Origin: the human T2T-CHM13v2.0 reference genome, Homo sapiens
Assembly (NCBI RefSeq): GCF_009914755.1
Contig: NC_060927.1
Direction: 5' to 3' (one strand)
DNA: 64,000 nt
Below the pieces are notes generated by a model. The model ran no database searches. It saw nothing but the letters and a program-made list of their open reading frames with translations, and was not told the DNA's origin. Position numbers and translations under genes: made by a program. Shown in pieces: positions 32,416 to 44,435 of this stretch (position 1 is its first letter; each line of letters begins with the position of its first letter).

Positions 32416-33459
32416 AGTCTTTTTTCTGAATAAATTTATTTTAACATACTATAACTGAACGTTAACTGGATATAGATTCTAATAAAAAGAGCCCATAATT
32501 TATTCACAAGATAATCATAAGGTGGGTAAAAAACAATTATGGGAACTAAAGCACTCTGAAAACAAGAGTTGAACCACAACAAAAGGTAAGTTGGTCTCAA
32601 GATGAAAGCACCACACTTTATTCTGTGCTATCTTAAACAATATATTCCCCAAATGGCTAATACTACCATGTAATAAACTTTCACATTACAAACCCAGTTA
32701 ATGTCAGGTTGTGTACAATGTGGAAGAAAATACTGGAAACCAAGGAATTTGCCCGGTGTTCTGATGTAGCAATACCGGACAATAAATACTATTCCTACCT
32801 TTCCTGGGTCATAAAAGGTAACTGAAGAACCTGTAAAAAGCAGTGGAGCAGGTCAGGTGGGAGAGACTCCTGTTCTCCTGGAGATTATCAGTATAACTGG
32901 TAAGGTAGAATAAGGTATTTTTGGTTTTTTGGGGTTTTGTTTGTTTGTTTGTTTTGTTTTAATAACAAAGGGATTGGAAAGCTACATTGTAACCTGTGGA
33001 GACTTTGGAGCCACAGAGACTTGGGTTCACATCCCTGCTTGCCCAAGAAACAAGTTCCTTAACCTCTTGATCCTTTAATATGTAAAATGAGGGTGATAGG
33101 GTTATTTGGTAGAGTTGTTGTAAATATTAAATGAGATCTTTTATACACAGAGTTCTCAACTTTGACTGCACTTTGCAATCACTTGGAAAACTTAAAAACG
33201 TACTGTTAACAGGGTCTCACTCCCCAGATAATTCTTTCACACAATCAGGCATAAGAACTGGTTAGGAATCATGAGTTTATATAAAACACCTACTAGGCAC
33301 TCAGAAATGGCAGTTGTTTTTACTATACTCCTAGATATTCTCTTTGACACATGTAGGGTTCAATAAATAAAATCATGGAATCTTCAGAGTTGAAAGAGGA
33401 CTTTAGTTTAACTTCCTACCCCATGCAGGTCACACATCTCAACATCCACCCCAGCACTG

Positions 33460-33700
33460 TCAGAAAAGCAGTCTAGTGTGTTGGCCAGGGATGAGAATAC
33501 TGGCTACAGTCAGTCTGACTAGGTTTAAATCTTGGCTCATCCTCTTCCTGGTTGTGAGGTGTTAACCAAGTATTTAATGGCTGTGTGCCTCAGTACTTCC
33601 ATCTTTAAAATGCAGCACCTACTGGATAAGGTTGTTCTGAGTCAACACAGGAAAGCTCTAAGAATGATACATGGCAGTCAATATGTAAAATGGTTGCAGG
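33460..33700 (+). mobile_element. MIR
   Basis: Core motifs aggtttaaatcttggctc...gtgcctcagt...catctttaaaatg. Confidence 0.7.
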
Positions 33701-34357
33701 AATGAATTTATTGATATATTCCTGAATAGATGAAAGAACAAGATTGTCAGTCAGCTTCAACTTAAATATTTCGGGTAAGAGGGTGAGCACATTCTGTTCA
33801 TGCTCAGCTCTAGTTCTTAGTATATTTTATATTAAGCTGAAATCTGCCTCCCTGCAACTTGGATCCATTTGACCCTTATTTTTTCTTCCGAGAACACACA
33901 GAACAAGTTTTTCTGTGTACTTCAACCATTCAAATAATTGTAGTTGGCTCTCATTTCTCTCCAGATCCTCTCTTTTCCCAGAGAAAGTATCCCAATTATT
34001 TCAATTATTCCTCAATGACATGTTTCCAACTTTTCTTTACCACCCTGAGAGCTCAAGAAGTTAATTCCCAATGCATCATATATACCTCCTAATTTTATAT
34101 GTTCTTCGTAGGATCTGGACACTTTCCAGAAGAGCGGAACTACCAATTCACCTATCGGGGACATTCATTGTATTCCTTTAAGGCAGTCGAAGTTTGGGTT
34201 CTAGACCATGTTCTACATTCTATTAGTAAACTAGCTAGGTTTGGGAGTCTATTTGCAGGACTAGCATAAATTTCGTTTCATTAGATCCAGGCTTATTCGT
34301 CCAGCCTACAGCCAATTCTTTCAACTAACTCATTAGATAGACTGTGCAGTTTTGAGT

Positions 34358-34804
34358 TGTAAAAGTTGTCAGAATTAGAATGGAGTCACCAGTGTTAAGA
34401 AAGAACCCTGACAAACAGAGCTGGGGAAGGCTATGAAGAATGGGTTCTCACGCTTGTATGCTGGATAACTATCCCAAAAGACTGCAAAGACCACAGCCTT
34501 GCACAAAAGCCATCACAACCTTACACATAAAAAAAAATACTTCTACAAGGACATCTGCCCAACAATTGCCTGTCCAACCTCAGACTAGCATCACACTTAT
34601 TGTTGATCTTTGTAGCCAAGGATAATTATCTCAAAATAATTATGTAGTCTTTTTCATTATTCCTTTAAAACCCTTGTTTTCCTTTACCTCCCTAAATACA
34701 CATATAGTTTACCATGGCACGCATATTCCATTGCAATACCTTACTCCCGAATAAACATCATCTTCTTTTAGAAAGCCGCTCTCTGTATGTTATTTAGGTT
34801 GACA
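34358..34804 (+). mobile_element. ERV solo LTR (MER72/LTR47-like; family uncertain)
   Basis: TG...CA termini, near-TSD GAGT/GGGT, homologous to 49536-50315. Confidence 0.75.
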
Positions 34805-35095
34805 GGGTCAACTCTAAGGAAGTATAAAGAAAAAGGGAAAATAATAGTACACATTGATGCAGAGGAGTGTGTTGCTAGAAGGTTGGCTAGACGCCAGACA
34901 GAGTGCTGTCTAAGGTGACATTACTCTGATTCATTCACCAGAGTCCAGGTTCTGGTCCTCATGCTCACAAGCTCACTCAATCCCAGCAGTGTGCCAGAGG
35001 TGGTTATTTAAGATTCACAGTGACTGATGTATAAAACAGACTCTCGGTTTTTACTTTGCAATGTGAAATACAGCTGTGGAGAAAAAAAGTAATAG

Positions 35096-35567
<472 letters not shown>

Positions 35568-36608
35568 TGAGAAAGCAGCGTATTTACTCTGAATCCGTTC
35601 CTCTCACCCAATTCATGTAGATGATTTCCAAGTCCTGTTACTTGGTGTCCAGTGATTAAGCCTTTTGAATTCCTCCCCTCCCTTCATTCCTACTGTCCCT
35701 GCTGTCCCTCTGTAGTTCCAGTCCTCACTGTGTCTCACCTCTACCATTACTGTACCGTCATACTTTGTCTTCCCTTCTGTAACCCATTTTCTACACTATC
35801 GCTTGTATTTCTAAAACACAGCTTTTAATGTGTCACTCTTGCTTAAAACCTCTAATGGCTCATCACTGCTATCAAATAAGAGCTCAGATTCCTCGGTCTG
35901 GTGTAAAGGTCCCTTGTCAGAGGGTCTGTAGCTTATTGCAGCCCAGCTACAGTCACCCTCTCTCTCTCCCTAGCCTCCTTAGCCTTCTCCTCTCAAAGAT
36001 TTTCATCAGTACGCACCCTTAGCAACTCATGATAGATTGGACACACTGAGCAGCACACATGTATGCGACTGTCTTTACCTATTATCCGACAAATATTTAT
36101 GTGCACCTACTATGTGTCATGCATGTGCTAAGCACTTTACTTGTATTATCCTGTTTAATAATAACTCCATGAGGTCACATTATCACCTTTCTTTCTGGAG
36201 ATGAGGAAGCCGAAGTGCAGAGGGCCCAGCGTGCCAAGCGTCGCACCCAGCTGAGCGCAGGGCAGGTGTCTCACTGGAGCGGGGAGCCCCAGCACCTTCC
36301 CAGCTGACTCGCTGCTGCTCTGACTTGGCCGGGTCTAAGCTGTGCTCCTGCTGCCTGGCTGGCTTCCGCCCGGTCAGACTGACAGGGTCTTGCAGGCAGG
36401 AACCGTGCACACAGTGTCTAGCTCTGAGCCTGAGAATACTCGTGGCTTCAAAAGTTTGCTGAGCTACCGCAGGGAGGACGAAGGCTATAACACTGGTCCA
36501 GTCTGAGAGAAGCCCAAGTGGGGTTCACTGCCCTCTGAGCCACAGATTTAAGGGGGAGGGTGTGGAAACTGCCGGCTGCTGAGGTCCAAACTCACCGAAG
36601 GTACTGAC

Positions 36609-36680
36609 CGCCGCGGCTCCTCTCTTCACAGCGTCTGCCGGAGGCCTCCGTTTACTCCGGTTACCGAGACAACGCCACCC
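36609..36680 (-). other. CFAP44: Probable non-coding first exon of CFAP44 (5' end approximate)
   Basis: GCG|gtcagt donor at 36608 inside the CpG-rich region, just downstream of the promoter motifs. Confidence 0.65.
36660..36673. promoter_or_regulatory. RFX X-box
   Basis: GTTACCGAGACAAC versus consensus GTTRCCATGGYAAC. This motif is typical of ciliary gene promoters. Confidence 0.75.
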
Positions 36681-36716
36681 CTCTTCCAGGGAGGCGGAAC
36701 CAGGGCGGGCCGTGGG

Positions 36717-36726
36717 GCGCATGCGC
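36717..36726. promoter_or_regulatory. NRF1 site
   Basis: Perfect palindrome GCGCATGCGC. Confidence 0.75.
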
Positions 36727-37269
36727 GGCCGGCGTCCAGCTCTCCGGGAACCCGGTACCTATCCGCCCTTTGGTCGGGCCTTCTCCGCCTCATGACACTG
36801 GTTCAAAGCCAAACAGAAAAGCCCGACGAGTTTATTATCCCCTAAAGGACGTCATGTAGATAATTAAATGACATGAATACCGTCGAAGATACCTGCCTGA
36901 TATTCCAAAATGGCCCAACGGAGCCCTGATCGCGGCGTTCCTATGTTGAGGTTTTAACTTCGATTTTAAGAGGGGTCCTGGGAGATAGTAGGCAGCTTGC
37001 CGGCAACATCAACAACAAAGATACATCGTGGGATTTTTGTTATTTTTAAAACTATATTATCTCTGTTGGCTTTTAAGAGTAAATCAGGTTTTATGTTGTG
37101 GGTTTCTTGGTCGCAGCGCTCTGGGCACAAAAGTATAGGCCTCCCTTGACAGATTTCTAGGTTTAGCAGTTTGTTCAACCTCTCTGTAGTACTGTGGTCA
37201 TATTGTTTTTTAAAGTACCTAGCCTAACGTTATTAGTTACCAAATACTTGTTTTAAAATGGTCATTCCA

Positions 37270-37860
37270 ATATGTGACAAAGGACTTTGTATACAGAATG
37301 TATAAAGAACTCTTATAATTCAATAAGAAAAAACCACCCAATTTCTTAAATGGGCAAAGGATTTGAATACTTCACCAAATCAGATATATGTATGGCCAAT
37401 AAGCACATGGATAGATGCTTAAAAGTAGTCATAAGGGAAATAGAAACCACAATACACATAACTCCACATCCACGTGAAGGGGTAAAACTTCAAAGATTGC
37501 TAACACCAAATGCAGAAGGATATGGAGCAACTGGAACTCGCATACACTGCTGTTGGGAATGTAAAATGGCATAACCACTTTGGAAAACTATTTGAGAGGT
37601 TTCTTCAAAAGTTAAACATACACAAAGTCATTCCACATCCAAGATAGTCTAGAGACTTGGGCAAAGTGGTTGCCTAGGACTTAGTGAGATGCACTGGAAA
37701 GAGACACAAGGAATCTTAGAAATGATAGAAATGCTGTGTCTTCATTGTGGTGGTAATTTCATGGGTATATACAACTGCCAAAAGCCAATAAACTGTTCTC
37801 TTTAAATGGATGTCATTTATTGTATATAAATTATTTGTCAATAAAATTGGCAAGAAAAAA
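37270..37860 (+). mobile_element. Old L1M 3' fragment
   Basis: aaatgggcaaaggatttgaa..., gggaatgtaaaatggcataaccactttggaaaac, terminal caataaa plus A-rich end. Confidence 0.8.
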
Positions 37861-37880
37861 TTGCTATAATACAATTTGTG

Positions 37881-37886
37881 TTTATT
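37881..37886 (-). terminator. SPICE1: Probable distal SPICE1 poly(A) signal
   Basis: AATAAA on the minus strand with a U-rich tract about 20 nt downstream. Further AATAAA hexamers at 37918, 40047 and 40307 may be alternative sites. Confidence 0.6.
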
Positions 37887-39360
37887 AGTTTCCACAATGT
37901 TACACAAATACCATGCATTTATTTGCAATACTGAAATGTCCTCTTTAATCAAGATTTTCCAGGGCTTAAAAAAATGATTATCCTTGCTATTACTTATTAA
38001 ATGGTATATCTAGGTGCCAGAAAAGATAGAAAACATAGGGTAAACTTATTTTTAAATAGCATGTTATTTATATTTTCAAATCATATGCCCAGCATGTTTT
38101 CTTTCAATCTCTAGACATCTTTTCAGGTGAAATACCTCTAAATTTCAAGCACTGTGTGCAATTGTTAATCTGAGAAAGATACAATAAATTCACTATACAA
38201 TGTCTTAAAAATTGGAAACATGGGGGAAATAGTGTATTTATTTATTTATATACCAAAAAAAATTGGCAGTGATCATTACTGAGTGTTGTGAGCCAAGCTC
38301 TGATCTCAGCCCATTTACATACACTTGCCTCACTTAATCCTCACAAGCCTCTAGGGAAGACATTATGTCTGACTTTCAAATGGGAAAGATGAGATTAATT
38401 TGTCCAAAGTACACAGCTCAAGTGGCAGAAATGGCATTTGAGGCAAGATTTCTGGTTTCAGTACTTGCATCCTTAGCTACTGTACTGTATTAGTTCCCGT
38501 AAATTAGGAGAAATCCAGTAACTGCAAGAAAGAGCTTCAAGTCTTGGCTTTACCTCTTACAAGCACTCTGTCATTAGACAACTTTCTTCACCTCTAGGGC
38601 TCAGCATCCTCATCTGTAAAGGTGCTGGGAGAGGAGGAAGCATTTACATACCTCTAACTGATAGGTCTACTATGAGATTCAAATGAGATAATGGTGATAC
38701 CACAGCTTATAGTACGGTGTCTGCCACAGTAATGGCTCAATAAGGAACAGCTATTCTTATTATTATGCTGCTTCCATACTACACACACTGTAAAACAGGT
38801 TTACTCTCCAACAAGAGGCAGCACAGCATAGGCTTTGGAGAAAGACTGCCTATGTTCCCATTCTAATGCCACCACTCCCTAGTTGTGTGACCTTGAGAAA
38901 ATACCTCCTTGTACCTCAGTTTCCTCATCTGCAAAATGAGGATAATAGTACCTATCCCATAAGGTGTCATGAAGCACATAAAGTGGCTACAATATTGCCT
39001 AGTATGTAGTTAACAGTTAATTATTAAATTCTGCTAACCAAAATAATTTTGTTTACAGCATAAGAATGATTATATGATAACTGTGGATGTTGTTATCAAT
39101 CCAGTATCTCTGCCAACCTGTAATTTGGAAAACTGTAAATTTCAGGTTGAGCAAGTTATTAGCAGCTTTCTGGGGCATACTGGAGAAGTCATATGTTATC
39201 AAAATATATGAGTCTAAACACAAGTAATCTCAGTTTGAATTGTTCACTCAGGTTGAGAATTCCTATCATAGAGCCAGGGAGCAGAGATCATTCAAAAAAC
39301 AAGTTTAAAATAGAAATAAACATCTCAGAACCAAAAGGGTACCCTGAAAAATCTATCCTG

Positions 39361-39656
39361 AGCCGGGTGCAGTGGCTCACACCTGTAATCCCGGCACTTT
39401 GGGAAACCAAGGCAGGTGGATCATTTGAGGTCAGGAGTTCGAGATCAGCCTGGCCAACATGGTGAAACCCCGTCTCTACTGAAAATACACAAATTAGCTG
39501 GGCGTGGTGGCATGAACCTATAATCCTAGCTACTCAGGAGGCTGAGGTAAGAGGATTGCTTGAACCCAGGAGACTGAGGTGGCAGTGAACCAGATTATAC
39601 AACTGCACTCCAGCCTGGGCAATAAAGCAAGACTCTGTCTCAAAAAAAAAAAAAAA
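39361..39656 (+). mobile_element. Alu (antisense within SPICE1 3' UTR)
   Basis: Full dimer; TSD aaatcta(t/c)cctg. Confidence 0.92.
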
Positions 39657-40448
39657 GAGAAATCTACCCTGAAAGATCTGCTTAAATTCAGGGCTGGGAA
39701 AATTAATAGCAACTTTTTCTATTTAATTGTTTGAAGCATTAAATATACCATTAAATCAATGTTACCACATTTAGGCATTTGAGCTCTAGAATCATATTTA
39801 TTTGATTTGCATTACCATTATTGATGACATTTTCACATTTAAAAACTACATAAGATTTTATAATAAATGCAACCACTCTTACCTGCTTAAGCAAATATAA
39901 ACAAACACTCCCAGGCCTATTGTTTTTAAGGCTGTATATTTCACTTGATGGAAAAAGTGATGAACAGCAATGACTTCCCAAGAAAAAAGAAAGAAAAGTG
40001 GGTGTTACATATTCCTGAAAGCCAGACTCTAATCACACAGAGGAATTTTATTGTAAGTTACATGCAAAGCAAATTAGTTCTTCAGGAAAATAAATAAATA
40101 AATGGATCAACTAAGATATACTAAACCTCAAAAAACCCTGAATAAAGATAAAGGTAAAAATGTATTAATAAAAAAAACCCTTAAAATACTTAAGAAAGTA
40201 TTAAAATACAAAACTTTAACTTCTCTACAGTCAAAGTTTCATTCACAGGGAGCTGTAGGTCAGTTGGTTGTTGAAAACTTATTTGAGAAAGTCAAAAAAT
40301 AATTGCTTTATTTCTCTGTTTCATTAGTACTAATTCACAGGATCTTTGTAGGTTTTATCTGAAAGAAGGATATAAAAACTTAAAAGTCAGAGCAGGGAAA
40401 GGGGAGTAATAAATTATTAAGAACAAACTCAGTGAGACTTGACTTCAC

Positions 40449-40502
40449 TTATGATACATGGGTAGAAAGAGCAAACCAGCCTTCTTCATTCTGTTTCTCA
40501 AT
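40449..40502 (-). CDS. SPICE1: SPICE1 terminal coding exon
   Basis: ttcaacag|ATT acceptor. Translates IEKQNEEGWFALSTHVS followed by TAA. Confidence 0.93.
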   Translation of the reverse strand: MEKQNEEGWFALSTHVS

Positions 40503-40930
40503 CTGTTGAACAAAGACACGGAAAAAATTTAGATGGTAATTAGAAACATGAGACTACTCAAGATTTACAGATCATTTAGACCAAGTGCATAAAACAAAGT
40601 CATCCTGTGCCATTGAATGGTACTGGAAATTAAATTGTTATTGGCAATGTTAATTCTCTAACAGAGATACTACCAAATAACTGATTACTTGGTCAACAGA
40701 TCCTCTTACTGATTTAGGAGTCATAATTTTTTTAAGTCCAGTGTTTTATAGCTATCATAGGCATAAATTTTTAAAATGATAAAAAGGCAGTTATTTGGTC
40801 TTAGTAAATTAAATGCTACTAAATTCCAGGAACTAAGAATAATTTATATAAATTAGCTTACTTTAAAGCTTTTGTAGAATATAAGAAGTAGCAAAGAACA
40901 AATCTCCTAGAACTGGACAATTCGGGTATC

Positions 40931-40972
40931 TATCATTCCCCTATCATTTAATATCTTTCCCCTATCATTTAA
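40931..40972. repeat. 21-bp tandem duplication
   Basis: tatc(a/t)ttcccctatcatttaa twice. Confidence 0.9.
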
Positions 40973-41730
40973 TTTGGGCTATAAGCACCCACTCTTTGAT
41001 CTAATTACTGAACTCAGTAATAAGAAATGCAAAGATTTTCCCAATGTCAGACACTTATTGGCTCAAGTCTACAAAATTAACTTTTACAATTTTAAAGATA
41101 TCCTCACAATTTACCATAACCACTCAAAGGAACTATATTTTACTGTACTAGCACCACAGAAAAAATGCCTTCTGCAAAAATTTTGAATATACTGTGAAAT
41201 GCTTAGCTTCTATACATACCTATGGCACATCAAAATACATGAAGAACACAGTAAGACATTTATTTTTCCCTGGTACCATAACCTATCTAACCAATGGCAC
41301 AGTCAGATATGGCACACAGGGATAAAATGAGAGGAAAAGTGACTGGACCCAGTGCTCTGGCTGTCCCAGACCCCACCCAAGCACAAGGACTGGGGGAACC
41401 AATAGCTCAGTAGATCTACAACCCATTCAAGGCACACCTGTGTGTCCTGCCGTAAATATATGGGAAGCTCTACCTGAAACCAGTAATTTCCAGTCTTTAA
41501 GGACTGTTGAATATCCTATTGAATTTTACCTTATTCCTTAGTTACCCTAGAAAACAGAAGAAGTATATGGCTTGTTTTTCCTAAAAAGGTAAATTAGTAT
41601 TTCTTTTCTTTTAAGAATATCATACCAGCTTTAGGATAACAGGAATGATAATTAAGAATGGAAATCACTAAATCAGCCACCTTCTACCCTCACCCCTATA
41701 TGCATTTCACAATTACATTTTAACGTGTAC

Positions 41731-41818
41731 CTTTGCTCTTGGATTAAGAGGTGTGAATCTCCCACTTCCTGAGGGGGCATTTAGTGGAGAACAAGAATTA
41801 CCAGTAGCCCCGGAAGAT
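41731..41818 (-). CDS. SPICE1: SPICE1 coding exon
   Basis: gaatag|A acceptor and AAG|gtacac donor. Translates [29 protein letters not shown]. Confidence 0.92.
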
Positions 41819-42007
41819 CTATTCATGAAAAATAAAACAGAGTAAGAGAGTGAGCTATCATTATTAACCTTAAAAGATTATGCAAACAACTGACAATTCT
41901 CAATACTGGCAAGAGCTTGAAAACATATGGCTAACTTAGGTCCAACGAGGTAAATTATTTGTAACTTATTTTCACCAACCTGTAAGTCTTTATTTGTTCA
42001 TTAATAG

Positions 42008-42361
42008 TGATATGGTTTGGCTGTGTCCCCACCAAAATCTCAACTTGAATTGTATCTCCCAGAATTCCCCCATGTTGTGGGAGGGACTCATGGGGAGGTA
42101 ACTGAATCATGGGGGCCGGTCTTTCCCATGCTATTCTCGTGATAGTAAATAAGTCTCATGAGACCTGATGGGTTTATCAGGGGTTTCTGCTTTTGCTTCT
42201 TCCTCATTTTCTCTTGCTGCCACCATGTTAGAAGTTTCCTTCGCCTCCCACCATGATTTTAAAGCCTCTCCAGCCATGTGAAACTGTAAGTCCAATTCAA
42301 CCTCTTTTTCTTCCCAATCTCAGTTATGTTTTTATCAGCAACATGAAAATGGACTAATACA
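42008..42361 (+). mobile_element. THE1 (THE1A-like) solo LTR
   Basis: tgatatggtttggctg...gactaataca; TSD AATAG/AATAT. Confidence 0.92.
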
Positions 42362-42369
42362 AATATAAT

Positions 42370-42650
42370 TTAATTTTTAGAGCTGTTTTAGGTTTATGGA
42401 AAGATGAGTGGAAAGTACAGAGTTCCCATATGCCCCTTACCCCCCACCTCCAACACACACACAGTTTCCCCTATTATTAAGATCTTGCATTAGTGTGACA
42501 AATCTATTACAACAGATGATCTAATGTTGATATAATTGACTGAAGTTCATAGCTTACATCAGGGTTCACTCTCTGTGTTACACATTCTGTGGGTTTTCAC
42601 AAATGTATAATGACATGTATCTGGCATTACAATATTATATGGATAAATTT
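42370..42650 (-). mobile_element. Old L1M 3' end
   Basis: gaaagtacagagttcccatat..., acatcagggttcactct motifs. Confidence 0.7.
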
Positions 42651-43179
42651 TCAATAATAAAGAGAAAAAGAACGTGCAGGGATGGGGAAAAAGGTCCAGG
42701 TAGTAGAAGAGTAACACGACCTGGAACAGCACAGTACAATAGTAAGGATGCAGAGTAGAGACAGAAAGGCCAGGTATGTCCTTAGTGTCACTATTTACCA
42801 ATCATATGACCCATCTAGACAAATCACCCAATTAACTCGGAGAGCTTCAGTTTCATTTACTGTGAAGGAGGAAAATACTATTGGTCAATTCAGCTGTCCT
42901 GTCATACATCATCTCCTAATTTTGTAACCCGTAAGTACTCTACATACGTGTTATCTCACTTTTGTTTTCAGTAGCAAACCCATGCCTTTCTACTTAAAGT
43001 TTATTCCTCACTCCATTTCCCCTCAAAATTCTCTTTTCCAATTATTTTACTCTCTTTGCATGAGTCTGTCTCAACCTAAGTCAGATACTGTACACTTCCT
43101 TTTTTCACAAAGAGAATAAAATACATACCAAATTCTTTTTGATTTTTTTTTTTAAATAAATATTCACACTGCAACTTAC

Positions 43180-43282
43180 CTTCTTGTATTTATCCCGCTG
43201 ACGGGAGAGACAGTACTACATTTTGAGCTTTCTGGGGCTTCTGCTCCTGGAATAGATACCTCAATTGTCCTCTTTGCTCCTT
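43180..43282 (-). CDS. SPICE1: SPICE1 coding exon
   Basis: ttttag|AA acceptor and AAG|gtaagt donor. Translates [35 protein letters not shown]. Confidence 0.93.
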
Positions 43283-44435
43283 CTAAAATATAAAAATAAA
43301 TATTAGTTCCATTACCTTTCAATGAAATAAAAATTTCACTCAATTTCTATCTTACTGCAAACTGCACATTAAAAATTTGGTGGTTCTTTCCATCTGTTTT
43401 AATCTTAGCCCAAGATACACTTGAAAGACTTTTTTTTTTTTTTACTGAACTGTGGGATAAGAAACTTTAGTTACTAGTGTTAATTCAGTAGCATGCCAGT
43501 TCATAGAGAGCCAAAATCTTCAGACAAGTGGCATCATGTCAGCTCTGGAGGTGAAAAACAGGAATTAAGAGCTAGCCCTAAAGAGCTTGAGATCTTTGTC
43601 CAAAAGAGCTTACCTAAAGTTTTCCCAAAAAAAAAGGAAAAAGAAAATTTCTGAAGTCATTCAGTAAAACTTTAAATCTTTTAAATCGATTACATTATGA
43701 CTATTACTGAAGACATTAAAGTAGGAGAGGAAAGTTGGCTGAAGAGCTCCATATGGCCAATAGCAAGTATAATTATGAATATTTTCCATATTTCAGAAGT
43801 AGGTAATCAATCAGCATATTTACTAAGTATTTACTAATGAAAGACTTAATGTTCATCACAGGCAGTTTCACAGAGGCTCCTGACTTTGTGTGACTTCCTG
43901 GCTTTACAAGGTAATAAAACCCTATTTAATTTTACAAAATATTCCTCAGTTACCCTAGAAAACAAAAGAGGTTTTTCATGATATATGGTTTATTTTTATT
44001 TTTATCATTATAGTCCACAGCAGCTTTTTTTTAAACAAATATAAGAATTTTACTTATAAAAAGAATACTTTAGAGATAAATCACTGGACAGGAAAGAACG
44101 CAGTTGCAAATCCACAACTTGCTTTGTAACTTGATAAATCACATAACCTCTTTGTACCTCAGTTTACTTATTCATCAAATAGGTATAATATTAGCCCTGT
44201 CTCCTCTTAAAGTATGTTGAGGACTAAATTACATAACATAAATAAAAGCATATTTTAACCATACACAAATACTGAAATGGAAGATGTATATTTAAACACA
44301 AAATTATTCTTAAGGCTGATCTGCTTTATTTTTCTTCCTTGCACTTAGCACTAACTGATATTATCCCAAATATTGATTTGTTTGTTGCCTGCTCCCCTAC
44401 TCAAATGCTAGAGTATTCAAGCCCACACATGGCAG

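Larger units (their letters stand above)
36200..36950. promoter_or_regulatory. CpG-rich CFAP44 promoter
   Basis: Only non-repeat CpG-dense stretch in the window. Contains a GC box (GGGCGGG, 36703-36709). Confidence 0.85.
37863..40448 (-). other. SPICE1: SPICE1 3' UTR (longest form, approximate end)
   Basis: Runs from the TAA stop to the distal AATAAA. Contains an antisense Alu and MIRs. Confidence 0.6.

Noticed and set aside
32420-32830. Processed-pseudogene 3' UTR fragment
   Set aside because: T-run plus AATAAA is suggestive, but I found no TSD or recognisable parent gene; not called without a BLAST search.
31247-33499. 67-bp direct repeats as LTRs or TSD of a 2.2-kb element
   Set aside because: No TG...CA termini, too long for a TSD, and the interior is a mix of unrelated old repeats and unique DNA.
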